From Histomonas meleagridis 2922-C6/04-290x (taxonomy: Eukaryota > Protista > Parabasalia), in NCBI GenBank assembly GCA_020184695.1, contig JAANOX010000099.1, positions 248,001-312,000 on the forward strand: a stretch of DNA of 64,000 bases, read 5' to 3'. The position numbers were made by a program, and so were the translations under genes. Each line of letters begins with the position of its first letter. Positions within the stretch are counted from its first letter, which is position 1. The notes beneath the pieces are model-generated. The model made no database searches, had not been told where the DNA came from, and worked only from the letters and a program-made list of their open reading frames with translations. Below, one piece after another: positions 1-10,487 of this stretch.

Positions 1-159
1 AACTTTTTTGAGTGATACTAAGTATGGAAAAGCATATATCAATATCTTTTTGTTACTCTAAATAAAAAAGTTTTCCAAATTCAATTTATGATATCTTATC
101 CAAAAAATTATAAATAATCATAAATATATAATTTATTAACTCAAATACCAAAAATAATA

Positions 160-2118
160 TCATACGATTTGTTTTATATTATCGAAACGATATTGTTTCC
201 ATACCGAACTTTGACTGTTTTGGAACAACATCGATTCCAACTCATTATTCACAAACAAAACATTTAAAACAGCGTTTTCTGTATCGAACATAATTAACTT
301 TGGTGTCAACTCCTTTGTATTATTTATGTCGCGTCTGATTTCGAAGATAGTTCTTTTCCCAGTTATGTCCCATCCTCTGATTACATTATCTCCGCCGCCC
401 GTAAACAGAAACTCATGTCCAAAATAGTTACCATGTGTCAATGATATTATAGGGCCTTCGTGGATGAAGAATTGGTTTATTGAACAGAGGCTTTTAATGT
501 CCCATTCATTGGCAGTCATATCTTTGGAACCGGAAAATAAAATTGTTCCATCTTTTGATGATAATGAAGTGATTCCATCAACATGTAAGATTAACCGGCC
601 AACGATTTTGCCTCTTTCATTCATGAGATGTATCGTGGGATATTGATCGGATGCTACTGCTAAGACTCCATCTAATCCACAAATTGATGTAACAGGACTT
701 CTGCCATTAAATGTGGTACAAAATGTATTATGTGGTTTCTTGCCGCGACTCCAATCAATTAAATCAAAATTTAAGCCTTGTCTACGGGCTATTTCTTCAT
801 TTAAATTATTCTTAAATGTGTCTGGATTACTTGAATTTGTAGCGCCAGGTTGATCCTTGAGCCAAAGGGATATAACACGGTCTGTTCCAACAACTATATA
901 TTGATCCCAAATACAAATGCATGATTGGGCTAAACAACGAGCACCAACTTCAAAGTTATCAATTGGCTCAAGCGTCTCCATACTAAATGATTTTAAGCGA
1001 CAATCAGCTTGAATCCATATTTTTCCATCGGATTCATCGATGACCATTGAATTTGCTTCTTTGAAAAACCCTGTTGATATCTCTTTCCCACCATATTTTA
1101 GAGTGTGACTACTGTTTACACGGTTCTTATAAACATAGGCAAATTTGCTCTGAGATGAAAAACAACCGCACTGGATGCCCGTTAACTCCTCTTCGTTTGT
1201 TTGGCACTTTCCTTTGTAAAAGTTGAGAAGGGGTTCGTTATTTTCTATACTTTTTGGGATTTTGCGGGAAATGGGCCATTCAAAGAGGATTTCGTCAGAT
1301 ATTTTCTCGCGTAAGGTTTGGATTTGATCATGTCTTTTACCCGCATATGATTCTGATGTAATAGATAACATACGAGTTACACCAAATGAACTTGGTGTAG
1401 CAATTTGATTGTTTCTGTTAATTGGCGAAATGCGATCAATTTTAAGTTGATCATGCATTTGTCGAAGAACTTCATTAAATCGAATTTCAATATCAAATAA
1501 CATTTTTAATCGATCATTATCTGGTTTCTTGATTTGAGAGTTGGCCCGATGACTCAAATCAAGAAGGACATTATAATGTGAAAATTTTAGAGAATCAAGG
1601 GTATCAAAATCTAAATCTTCTTTTGGAATTTCTGGAAGTTTAGGAATATCATCTTCTGCTTCATTTGTTTCTTCGCGCTCTGAAACATATAAATTAAAAT
1701 ATGTGTTTATTTCTTCTTTTGCTGGAATTTGAGGAAGAACAAATTGATTAGGAGAACTTCTTAGAGCCTGAACTTCTGCTGTTTCTATTGGGCGATCCTC
1801 ATTTTGCGTTGGCTCTGGTTCATCTACTTGAAAACTAGGTTTGATGTTTGGATCTATAGCAAATTGTGGAGTTATTTGTGGGGTTAGAATTCTGTCTGTT
1901 TTATTAAGGAATTTGGTTTTATTATTATTGAACCAAAGTCGGATTTTCTTTTGGGGCCATCTTTCTTTATCTCCAAGTTCGTTAAATGTTTTGTCAACCA
2001 TTTCTTTTCTTTCTTTAGATCGCTCCGGTAAACTAAAATAATCCTTTAACCTTGGAATTAATATCTTAAATTCATCCTCGGTAGGATATTGCCTAGTATC
2101 GTCAATCCCAGAAATCAT
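160..2118 (-). CDS. WD40-repeat protein with an N-terminal homeodomain-like segment
   Basis: 652-aa ORF. The C-terminal part has WD40 signatures (LFSGSKDMTANEWD, LFTGGGDNVIRGWD). The N-terminus has a helix-3-like KIRLWFNNNK motif. Confidence 0.7.
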   Translation of the reverse strand: MISGIDDTRQYPTEDEFKILIPRLKDYFSLPERSKERKEMVDKTFNELGDKERWPQKKIRLWFNNNKTKFLNKTDRILTPQITPQFAIDPNIKPSFQVDEPEPTQNEDRPIETAEVQALRSSPNQFVLPQIPAKEEINTYFNLYVSEREETNEAEDDIPKLPEIPKEDLDFDTLDSLKFSHYNVLLDLSHRANSQIKKPDNDRLKMLFDIEIRFNEVLRQMHDQLKIDRISPINRNNQIATPSSFGVTRMLSITSESYAGKRHDQIQTLREKISDEILFEWPISRKIPKSIENNEPLLNFYKGKCQTNEEELTGIQCGCFSSQSKFAYVYKNRVNSSHTLKYGGKEISTGFFKEANSMVIDESDGKIWIQADCRLKSFSMETLEPIDNFEVGARCLAQSCICIWDQYIVVGTDRVISLWLKDQPGATNSSNPDTFKNNLNEEIARRQGLNFDLIDWSRGKKPHNTFCTTFNGRSPVTSICGLDGVLAVASDQYPTIHLMNERGKIVGRLILHVDGITSLSSKDGTILFSGSKDMTANEWDIKSLCSINQFFIHEGPIISLTHGNYFGHEFLFTGGGDNVIRGWDITGKRTIFEIRRDINNTKELTPKLIMFDTENAVLNVLFVNNELESMLFQNSQSSVWKQYRFDNIKQIV

Positions 2119-2170
2119 TAGATAGCTCTGACATGCTATATGAAATATCTGTATAAACGCGCCAAAAAAA

Positions 2171-2701
2171 ATGAAAAGAACTCACAGATTATCACAACCT
2201 ATAATTAGTAAAAAAATTGAACCACCAAAAAAGCCAAATAAAAATAAATCAAATCAAATGCCAAAAAAAGTTTTTGAAAAAGAAATTCAAAAAAAATCAA
2301 ATTATGCATTAAAATATGTCACTCCATCAAATCCTAAAAGAAGAAAATCTTATGCATTTGACATTTCAAATGAAATTCCGAAATTAAATGTTGATATTCC
2401 AATGGTAGCTCAATCAAATGATAACTTTGATTCTGAATCTGAAGCTTCGGGGTTTGTTGATAATCTTGACAATAAGGATCCTGAAGAGATATACCAAATT
2501 TTTCAAAATTTGATTACAAGATATAAAAATGGAGTAAAACAGTTTCATGATTATCAAAAGTTAAAGACTCAAACTAAGAGGCAAATTGCAATGCTTAAGG
2601 ATACAGTAGATGAGCTAAATATTATCCAAAAAAAAGTTGATGCAGAATATGAAAGATTAGATCTAGCAAACGTACCAATTATATCTGATGAAGGCAATTA
2701 A
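2171..2701 (+). CDS. Hypothetical basic/coiled-coil protein
   Basis: 176-aa ATG ORF, head-to-head with the WD40 gene (52 bp apart), with a heptad-like C-terminus. Confidence 0.55.
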   Translation: MKRTHRLSQPIISKKIEPPKKPNKNKSNQMPKKVFEKEIQKKSNYALKYVTPSNPKRRKSYAFDISNEIPKLNVDIPMVAQSNDNFDSESEASGFVDNLDNKDPEEIYQIFQNLITRYKNGVKQFHDYQKLKTQTKRQIAMLKDTVDELNIIQKKVDAEYERLDLANVPIISDEGN

Positions 2702-3608
2702 GAATCAAAACATGTTGAATAACAAGAGGTAGCAAATTCCTGAGTTTCAGACTTTTATATGAATTATTTTGTTTTATTTCTTGAAATAAAATCTCATGCT
2801 TTCACTCAAACAAAAATCACATATTTGAGGTTGGTAATGAATTTAGTTCTGCCAGAAAGGCTCAAGCGATTTTCATGTCCTTGTAAAAAATTATTAAAGC
2901 TTCAAATAAAAATGCAAATAATATAAATAAACAGTGCAACATATATACTATTTCATTTATGAATTTTATGATAAATTATTAAGAATTGAATGATCTCAAA
3001 AAGTTGATGATTTTTAAAAAAAGCATATTTAAGACCTCCCATTCTTATATATGTTGATTCATCATAGGTATAATAAAGTTTCGTTCATTAGAAAACAAAA
3101 ACATTAATTTAAATTTATAAATGGTCTAATCACATGAGAAATTGAATTCAAGACGATCAAAAACTTTGAGTGTCTGGAAAAACAAAAAGTTTTATTTAAA
3201 ACTGAATGTTATGATATATTTCAAAAATAAGTTATATTTCTCTTAAAAATTTTAGAATGTGTAATAATTATTTTTTATATCATCTGTTTGGTTCAATGCT
3301 AAAAAGTGACTTTTTCTCCAATTAAATATGATTTAAAAGCTCATATTTATTATATATTCCATTTATATTATTTACTATAATTTATCCAATTAAAAATTCA
3401 AAATTTGAAAATTGACTTGCAAATCAGCTGATTTTTTGAAAAATTGCATTCCAGAAAATTGGTAAGAAAGATTTTAACCAACACTTAATATAATATTTAT
3501 ATTTCCACAAAGTGATTATATTTTGAGTTTGCAGTAATATAAAAAAATTTCCTTCTTTTGTCACTTTTATGTGAATTTTCAATTGTTTTACCATATATTA
3601 CAAAGATT

Positions 3609-4838
3609 ATGATACCCTCGAAAGATTCTCGTGTCCAAAGATCTATTAAGAAAAAACGATTAATAAAAAATAACAATCACAATGAATGGCAAACTCTTTT
3701 ATCAATTAGCAACATAATTTTTAGTTTAGACGCTAATAATATTTCTCAAAGAGCAAAATCTTTAATAAATATAATTGATGATACATATCCAATTACATTC
3801 AATATGATTATAATTCAGATGACTTGTTCATTGTTTGCTACGAAAATGCATGATATTAACGTATATTTAAAATTTTTAAATGAAATTGAAAAACATGAAG
3901 AAGATAAAAATATCAAATATAAAATTTTTGATGTTTTCACTATTTTCATAGTGAATCATACTAATGAATCAAATTTTATTCTCAAGAATTTGTGTGAACA
4001 AGATTTTATTCAACATAAACTTAAAAAATCATTTATTCCTAAAAGCAAATTATTAAATTTTTTTACTTATAAACAAAATAAAGAAAACAAGAAAACACTT
4101 TTTGACATCGTTACTGAAGAACTTTCAAAGAATGATTGGGAACTTCATAAGAAATTAATTAGAGAAGGAGTTAATCCTAATGAAATTGCAAAAATCATTC
4201 GAAATGATGAAGTAGAAAAACTTCAAGAAATATCATCACAAACAAATTTTGATTTTAATCAAACAATTAAACCATCACCTTATGAAAGATATTCATTTAT
4301 TAATCATAAAAATGTTACATTAATTGATTATGCAGCATTTTTTGGATCAGTTAAATGTTTTAAATATTTACTTATAAATGGAGCAAAAATAGAAAACACA
4401 GGTAAATATGCAATTGCAGGCGGAAATGAAGAAATCATTCATATATGTGAACAAAATCATTCATCATTTGAAAATGCATATGAAACAGCAATTCAATTTC
4501 ATCGAAATGATATCTTTCATTATCTTTTTGAAAATAAAATTGTTGAGATTGAAAATATAGAAGATTTAGGAATAATATGTATTCAACACCATAATTACGA
4601 TATTTTTACATATTTACAAGAAAAAGGGATGAAAATTTATGTTAATTTTATTGTTGAAGCAGCAAAAATTGGTAATTTATTTTTAGTTCAGCATTTTCTG
4701 AATGGAAAACAAATTCCATATTATTTAACGAATCAATATTATGTACAAGCAGGAAATAATGAACTTGTTGAATATATTCTTGATAAAGAAGATGCTAATA
4801 TTCGTGAAAATATTATTTTCCATAATTTTATGTTTTAA
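3609..4838 (+). CDS. Ankyrin/DUF3447-type protein, N-terminal uninterrupted part (locus 1)
   Basis: Family motifs IIRNDEVEKLQ, TLIDYAAFFGSVKCFKYLL and AIAGGNEEIIHICEQ. First in-frame ATG at 3609. Paralogous to 56888-57688. Confidence 0.8.
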   Translation: MIPSKDSRVQRSIKKKRLIKNNNHNEWQTLLSISNIIFSLDANNISQRAKSLINIIDDTYPITFNMIIIQMTCSLFATKMHDINVYLKFLNEIEKHEEDKNIKYKIFDVFTIFIVNHTNESNFILKNLCEQDFIQHKLKKSFIPKSKLLNFFTYKQNKENKKTLFDIVTEELSKNDWELHKKLIREGVNPNEIAKIIRNDEVEKLQEISSQTNFDFNQTIKPSPYERYSFINHKNVTLIDYAAFFGSVKCFKYLLINGAKIENTGKYAIAGGNEEIIHICEQNHSSFENAYETAIQFHRNDIFHYLFENKIVEIENIEDLGIICIQHHNYDIFTYLQEKGMKIYVNFIVEAAKIGNLFLVQHFLNGKQIPYYLTNQYYVQAGNNELVEYILDKEDANIRENIIFHNFMF

Positions 4839-6222
4839 AAAATATTTAAAATTTATTTAATTTATATTGTCCATTGATTATAGCTGTTGAAAATGGATTT
4901 ATAAAAATAGTTAAATTATTTTTGGAAGAAGAAGGAATCGATGTTAATATGGAAGATCTTTATTTGTATTATTTAAAATTTGTTTTGATAATTTAGAATT
5001 TCAAAATAACATTTGGAAATTGCTTATAATATTTAATTCACCACTTATTGTAGCATGTAAGAAGAGATATGTAGAAATAGTAAAATTGCTTGCTGAACAT
5101 CAAGGAACTAATATCAATATTAAAAATATTTATTTTTTTTATTTGGTCGTAATTTTAATACAGCACTTATGTTCGCAGTTGAGTATAATTATATAGAAAT
5201 AGTAAAAATTCTTGTTGAACATAAAGAAATTATGATTAATGCTAGAAATGTTGATTTATATTATTTTTGGTTTCTATTAAAATTTTCGAATAACAAAATA
5301 GTATTTGGATTTTATTTGAATAATTTCAAACATCACTTATGATTGCTTGTGAAAAAGGTTTGACAGAAATAGTTAAATTACTTCTAGAACAAGCAGGAAT
5401 TAATGTCAATATTAAAGATTTTTATTTATCTTATTTAGTAGTTGTTTCAATAATTATATGTTTCAAAATAGTATGTGGAATTTAATTAAATCATTTAAAA
5501 CGCCACTTATTTATGCAGTTGAAAACGATCACAATGAAATAGTTCAATTACTTCTTAAACAACCAGAAATTGATATTAATCTTCAAGATGCTTTCTATTT
5601 TTGTATGAAATTTCTTTCAATAATTTGAGAATTCAAAATATTATTTGGAAATTATTTAGTATATTTAATACAGCCTTCTTGAAAGCTGTCTGTAATAATA
5701 ACATAGATATGATGAAATTACTTTATAAGCGTGAAGGATTTGATATCAATATGAAAGATATAAAATTCTTTCATAATTTTCTGTTTCAAAGTAATAAATG
5801 GGATTTATGATTAATATTTGATACAGCTCTTATGAAAGCATCATATGAAGGAAACGTAGAAGCTGTAAAGTTTATTCTTGAGATAGAAGGAATTGATATT
5901 AATGCCGAAAATTTCACCATTTTTTGTATGATTTTTATTAAAACATTTTTATGTTTCAATATAAATTTTGGAAATTATTAAATATATATGATACAGCACT
6001 TATTAAAGCATCTTATAAAAATAACATAAAAGTAATTAAATTACTGCTGGAACAAAAAGAAATAGATATTAACATCAAAAATATTTATTTAATTAAATTA
6101 AAATTTAACAAATTAATTTTTAATTTCAATGTAATATTCGGAAATTATTCTATTTGTTTAAAACAGCACTTATGAAAGCATCTGAAAATGGTTACATAGA
6201 AATAGTGCAATTGCTTGAATGA
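4812..6222 (+). repeat. Array of 9 ankyrin-repeat coding blocks, each preceded by an AT-rich non-coding spacer
   Basis: Blocks start at 4868, 5038, 5160, 5330, 5500, 5670, 5823, 5993 and 6163. The first 8 are exactly 30 stop-free codons (T/S/C-x-L...I-D-I-N-x-x-D/N); the last ends in TGA at 6220-6222. Spacer lengths are 56, 80, 32, 80, 80, 80, 63, 80 and 80 nt. Confidence 0.9.
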
Positions 6223-6735
6223 ATTCCTTGATTAAAGAATAAAACTTAAAACTTATTTTAAAATATAAAAGTTGAACTATTTTTACTTTTGAAACATTTA
6301 TAATGATTAATCACATATTATACATTAATAAAATGATATTATTTTTAGCCATTATACTCAACAATCAAAGATCATTGAAAATAAAATATTTTATTTTATT
6401 ATAAAATATAAATTTTTAGAAACTGAATAGAATTTTGTGATTATGATGAAAATTAAAAACAAATTACATGAAAATAAATCATTTCTGGATAAGTTAAATT
6501 ATTTTACTAAACTTTTTTATTTTTCTTCATCTATACAAATATAAGGATTCTCTTTTTTTTTGTTATTAGTTCTTTTTAATAATGTCTAAGATGATAAGGA
6601 TGTTCTTCAACAATGTTTACAGTCAACCAGACTTATTCACAAATATTCTATGAAATTGTCAATTTTGATATGACGTAAATTTTTTACTCAGGATTACAAA
6701 CGGTCGATATTGAAAGACAAAAAAACAATAAAAAA

Positions 6736-9700
6736 ATGAAATCCAACGACGAAAAAAAGGGAAATCCCGAGGTAAAATTCCCATTTTATCTCCCTTCATC
6801 AAAAGATCCAACACTTATGAAAGATAATTCTTCTCATTATGCACTTTTAACATATCCAAGAGATGAAGTTATGATTCCTGCTTGTAAAATCATTGTAAGC
6901 TATATCGATAAAGACCCATCAGCAATTCCTTTAAATTCTAAAAAAAGAATTAAGTTTTTAATGGAATTCTTAGCTGTTGCATTATCAATGACCATTGATG
7001 ATCATAAATTAATGCAATGTGCCCTAGATGTTTATCATGAGTTTCTTAAAGACATGTCTTTCTTTGGGTCACCACAAAGGCAAAACAAATATATTCGAAG
7101 GATTCTTATGCAATTATCAATTCCGTTTCAAATGAACCATCCAGTTTCCCAAGACGTCACAAAGGATGCTTTTTATTCGGTTTTGAGTGGTATTTTATAT
7201 TGTTATAATGATATTCATTTAAATTATTCTCGAGTATTCGATCAAGAAACATGGATTGTCCTTATTAATACCCTTATTAACATTTTGGATACAATCACAG
7301 TTAAACATTCTGCAACACTTACATTGATTCTTGGTGAGAAACATCATTCACTCAAACAAGCAGTAGCAAATGTACTATTCTCAGCATTATATACCAGTGG
7401 AATAAAAGAAGATCATGTATGGAAGCGTATTGGAAGGTTTTTCTCTGATTGGAGTAATGACATTGATTTTATTAAATCATGGGGTGAAAATACTATTCGA
7501 TTATTCAACTATTTTCTTCATAAAATCTACAATATCCCAATAGATGCCAATAGTAATCCATTTGTTGGTGGTATTTTTATCAAAGGAAAAGAAATTGATG
7601 ATCAATCAATTTCTTATATTCTTGTTAATTCAGTATCGCCAGTTGATGGAAACAAAATACACTCACTCAAAGGAACACTTGATCAAGCAAGTTCTATTTG
7701 TGAAACTCTTTATAAGATCGCACGCTCGGCATCAAAAACGTTATCAAAATTGTTAACTAACCGTTTCCCCGCTGTCACTTTTTTACAACTATTTGGCAAA
7801 TTATTATATTCTGACATTAAAAATTCTGAATCACCAAAAGAAGAATTTGATGTTGTTATATCCAAAAACATCACGACGATGATGCGAATCATGAAACATT
7901 TTGAAGTTGATAATTCCGAGAATATCTATTATAAGATGATTACATATATCTTAAAATTCCTTAAGAAAGAATATCCTTTTTGTATCAAATCATTTTATAA
8001 TTATTTATCCAAATCGTTTTCACATAATTATCAATTTATTCCATACCTATCAGAAGTGTCATTATTAAACATGCAGAACATTGATTATTCAGAAACTCCA
8101 ACTGATTTATTCGAACCAATGAAACTTTTATCGAATACATTTGATTCATTAATTAGTTCACAAGTCATATTACGTAATGACAAAAAGTTTTCTGATATGT
8201 ATAGTAGTTTATTAGACCCATTTACTAAGTTTCCATCACATTACAAAATCGTTTTATATAAATTTATATGTAATTCATTTGAACTTATTGATTATCCCAT
8301 CTTTAAACAAATAAATGATATCTTTTCTAACTTAGAGAATTATGAACAAATCGAAAACGGAATTAGTTTCATCTCCGGATTAATTAATTACATTAGCGCA
8401 ATAATTCGAGCGCGTCCACAATTAAGTAAAGCATTTTTAGAAGAACATGTCTTAAATTCGATTTTGGATTGCGCGAATAAAGTCAAAGAAAATCCACACG
8501 TATTAATATCGGTTCTATTGTTGTTAATAACATTAATCGAATGGGGCGAAGACATATTCCATCAGAGACAAGAACTCGAAATGTTTTATCCGTTTTATAA
8601 TAAGTTAAGCGCTTATTTAGCGAATAAAGAATCGGCAAAAACTTATAATTATCATTTGCCGATTATTAACTTGTTAAGTAATATTGTAGTGTCAAGAATT
8701 GATGCACATATTCCAATCCTTGATTACTTCTCAAGGAAATTGGACTCTTCATTAACAATTAACGAAGAATTAATCATCAAAAAATACGCAATTAATAACC
8801 CGGTAATAAATTATTATACGGTACAAGAAAAATTGTTGGTTTCATTCATCGAAAAAAGTGACGGAACTGGGCCGTTAGTGGTGTTCGCTCGTGGTTCTTT
8901 CGGTAAAACAATTTGGATCGTATCGGATAACATAAAGTCAACTTCGCCTGAGCCAAAACTGGCAAACGATATCGTCAAAACCGCTCTGCCGCAGCCACCC
9001 CAAATTGATGTGAAGCCGATACAGCTCCAGGGCACCCCAATCGAGGACATTTCAAAAGTGAATTTGAATGAGTTAAAGGCTGAAGATGATAAGTTATTAC
9101 AAAAGTTTGGAAAAGAATATCAAACTTGGTTGGAATGGGATTACTTTGGATTTTATCCGAATTTCAATCAACCAATTGTTGCAAAAAGACCAAAAGTCAT
9201 TGATTTCTTAACAACTATTGGTATTTTGGATTCGAATAACTCACTTTCCGTAAGATTACAACTTAATAAGGAACATGTGTTATCTGTTATAAAACGATTT
9301 GATGAACTTGAAAAATTAAATGTAAATGTTATTCCAGTTTTACATGTTACTTGCGAAGATGATGCCCTCTTGTTTAAGCCCGCACATCATAAGAGAGTTT
9401 CGCAGTTACTTCAGCAATTTATGCGTGAAATAAGTGAGCCAATGGTCGTAAGTGATACTGCGGCTAAAGATCACAAATTACCTCCTTTAAGAACTACGGT
9501 ACCTATTATCCCATCTTCAAACTCTGTATCCGCTTTAGTATGTCCTTCCATGGCTAAAGCTGAAGATGGCGCAAAGACCATTTTCAATATGGCACGCGAA
9601 TCGGTTATACACATAATTTTCAATGAAACCGATTTCGATCTGAAAATTAGTAAGGATTATCTGAAAAGTGACCAAATGGTTTTGATCATAAAACCGACAT

Positions 9701-9948
9701 TAAACGGTCTCTATCACGTGAAGAAATTATCCAACTTTAAGGATATGTTAACACCATTCGGTGAACAACAGACAATGACAGCCGAAGGAATAGCTTTCGG
9801 TTTATCAATATGCGGTGATGCAATTGTGCCTTTGATGTCTGTGAAAGAATTTAATGACGCATGCAATAAGAGATTAGAGTTAATAAGAGAATTATGTAAT
9901 GTTCCAATAGTGAAGGAACTGTCAGTTGTGGCGGCGACACAAATTTAA
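6736..9948 (+). CDS. Ral GTPase-activating protein beta subunit-like protein
   Basis: 1070-aa ORF. The N-terminal FLMEFLAVALSM..DHKLMQCALDVYHEFL..QNKYIRRILMQL resembles the RalGAP-beta N-terminus. Recognised from memory, not by search. Confidence 0.5.
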   Translation: MKSNDEKKGNPEVKFPFYLPSSKDPTLMKDNSSHYALLTYPRDEVMIPACKIIVSYIDKDPSAIPLNSKKRIKFLMEFLAVALSMTIDDHKLMQCALDVYHEFLKDMSFFGSPQRQNKYIRRILMQLSIPFQMNHPVSQDVTKDAFYSVLSGILYCYNDIHLNYSRVFDQETWIVLINTLINILDTITVKHSATLTLILGEKHHSLKQAVANVLFSALYTSGIKEDHVWKRIGRFFSDWSNDIDFIKSWGENTIRLFNYFLHKIYNIPIDANSNPFVGGIFIKGKEIDDQSISYILVNSVSPVDGNKIHSLKGTLDQASSICETLYKIARSASKTLSKLLTNRFPAVTFLQLFGKLLYSDIKNSESPKEEFDVVISKNITTMMRIMKHFEVDNSENIYYKMITYILKFLKKEYPFCIKSFYNYLSKSFSHNYQFIPYLSEVSLLNMQNIDYSETPTDLFEPMKLLSNTFDSLISSQVILRNDKKFSDMYSSLLDPFTKFPSHYKIVLYKFICNSFELIDYPIFKQINDIFSNLENYEQIENGISFISGLINYISAIIRARPQLSKAFLEEHVLNSILDCANKVKENPHVLISVLLLLITLIEWGEDIFHQRQELEMFYPFYNKLSAYLANKESAKTYNYHLPIINLLSNIVVSRIDAHIPILDYFSRKLDSSLTINEELIIKKYAINNPVINYYTVQEKLLVSFIEKSDGTGPLVVFARGSFGKTIWIVSDNIKSTSPEPKLANDIVKTALPQPPQIDVKPIQLQGTPIEDISKVNLNELKAEDDKLLQKFGKEYQTWLEWDYFGFYPNFNQPIVAKRPKVIDFLTTIGILDSNNSLSVRLQLNKEHVLSVIKRFDELEKLNVNVIPVLHVTCEDDALLFKPAHHKRVSQLLQQFMREISEPMVVSDTAAKDHKLPPLRTTVPIIPSSNSVSALVCPSMAKAEDGAKTIFNMARESVIHIIFNETDFDLKISKDYLKSDQMVLIIKPTLNGLYHVKKLSNFKDMLTPFGEQQTMTAEGIAFGLSICGDAIVPLMSVKEFNDACNKRLELIRELCNVPIVKELSVVAATQI

Positions 9949-9951
9949 TAA

Positions 9952-10268
9952 AATTCTTTTTGGGGAAATTTTACACTTAACTATTTTCATAATTAAAATT
10001 CATAGTTTGGTATCATTTTGCTAATTTTCTTTTTACTTAAACAGAAGAAATTTGTAATATCAAATAATTATGGATATTGTTTTTAAGAAGCTGAAATTAA
10101 ATTTAATTCTTTTTGGGAAATTTTATCACTTAACAATTTTCATAATTTAATTCATAGTTTGGTATCATTTTGCTAATTTTTGATAATTTTCTTTTTACTT
10201 AAACAGAAGAAATTTGTAATATCTAATAATCATAGATATTGTTTTTAAAAAGCTGAAATTAAATTTAA
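9952..10268. repeat. Imperfect tandem duplication, about 153-bp unit x2
   Basis: aattctttttgg(g)gaaatttt...gctgaaattaaatttaa occurs at 9952 and again at 10105. Confidence 0.9.
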
Positions 10269-10487
10269 CACATTCACAAAAACTTTGCTTAATATTTTAA
10301 GCAAACAATAAAAAATTAAGAATATATTTTTATTGATTCAACAATTTCTAGTTTCAGTAACATATTATTTTTTTGTTTTATATAAACAATTAAAAGTTAA
10401 AAAAAAAATTATTAATTATTTTCATATTTACAACCAAAAAGAAATTCATTTTAAAGTAATAACTCTATTTTACATATGTAACTTAAG

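Noticed and set aside
5250-5329. Simple -1 ribosomal frameshift through the spacers (T TTA AAA slippery site plus hairpin)
   Set aside because: Some spacers are open in the exit frame, but this one has TAA at 5291 and 5321 in that frame and the 63-nt spacer has an in-frame TGA. The slippery heptamer is not conserved, and a 26-aa hydrophobic insert would disrupt repeat stacking. Not fully excluded for individual copies.
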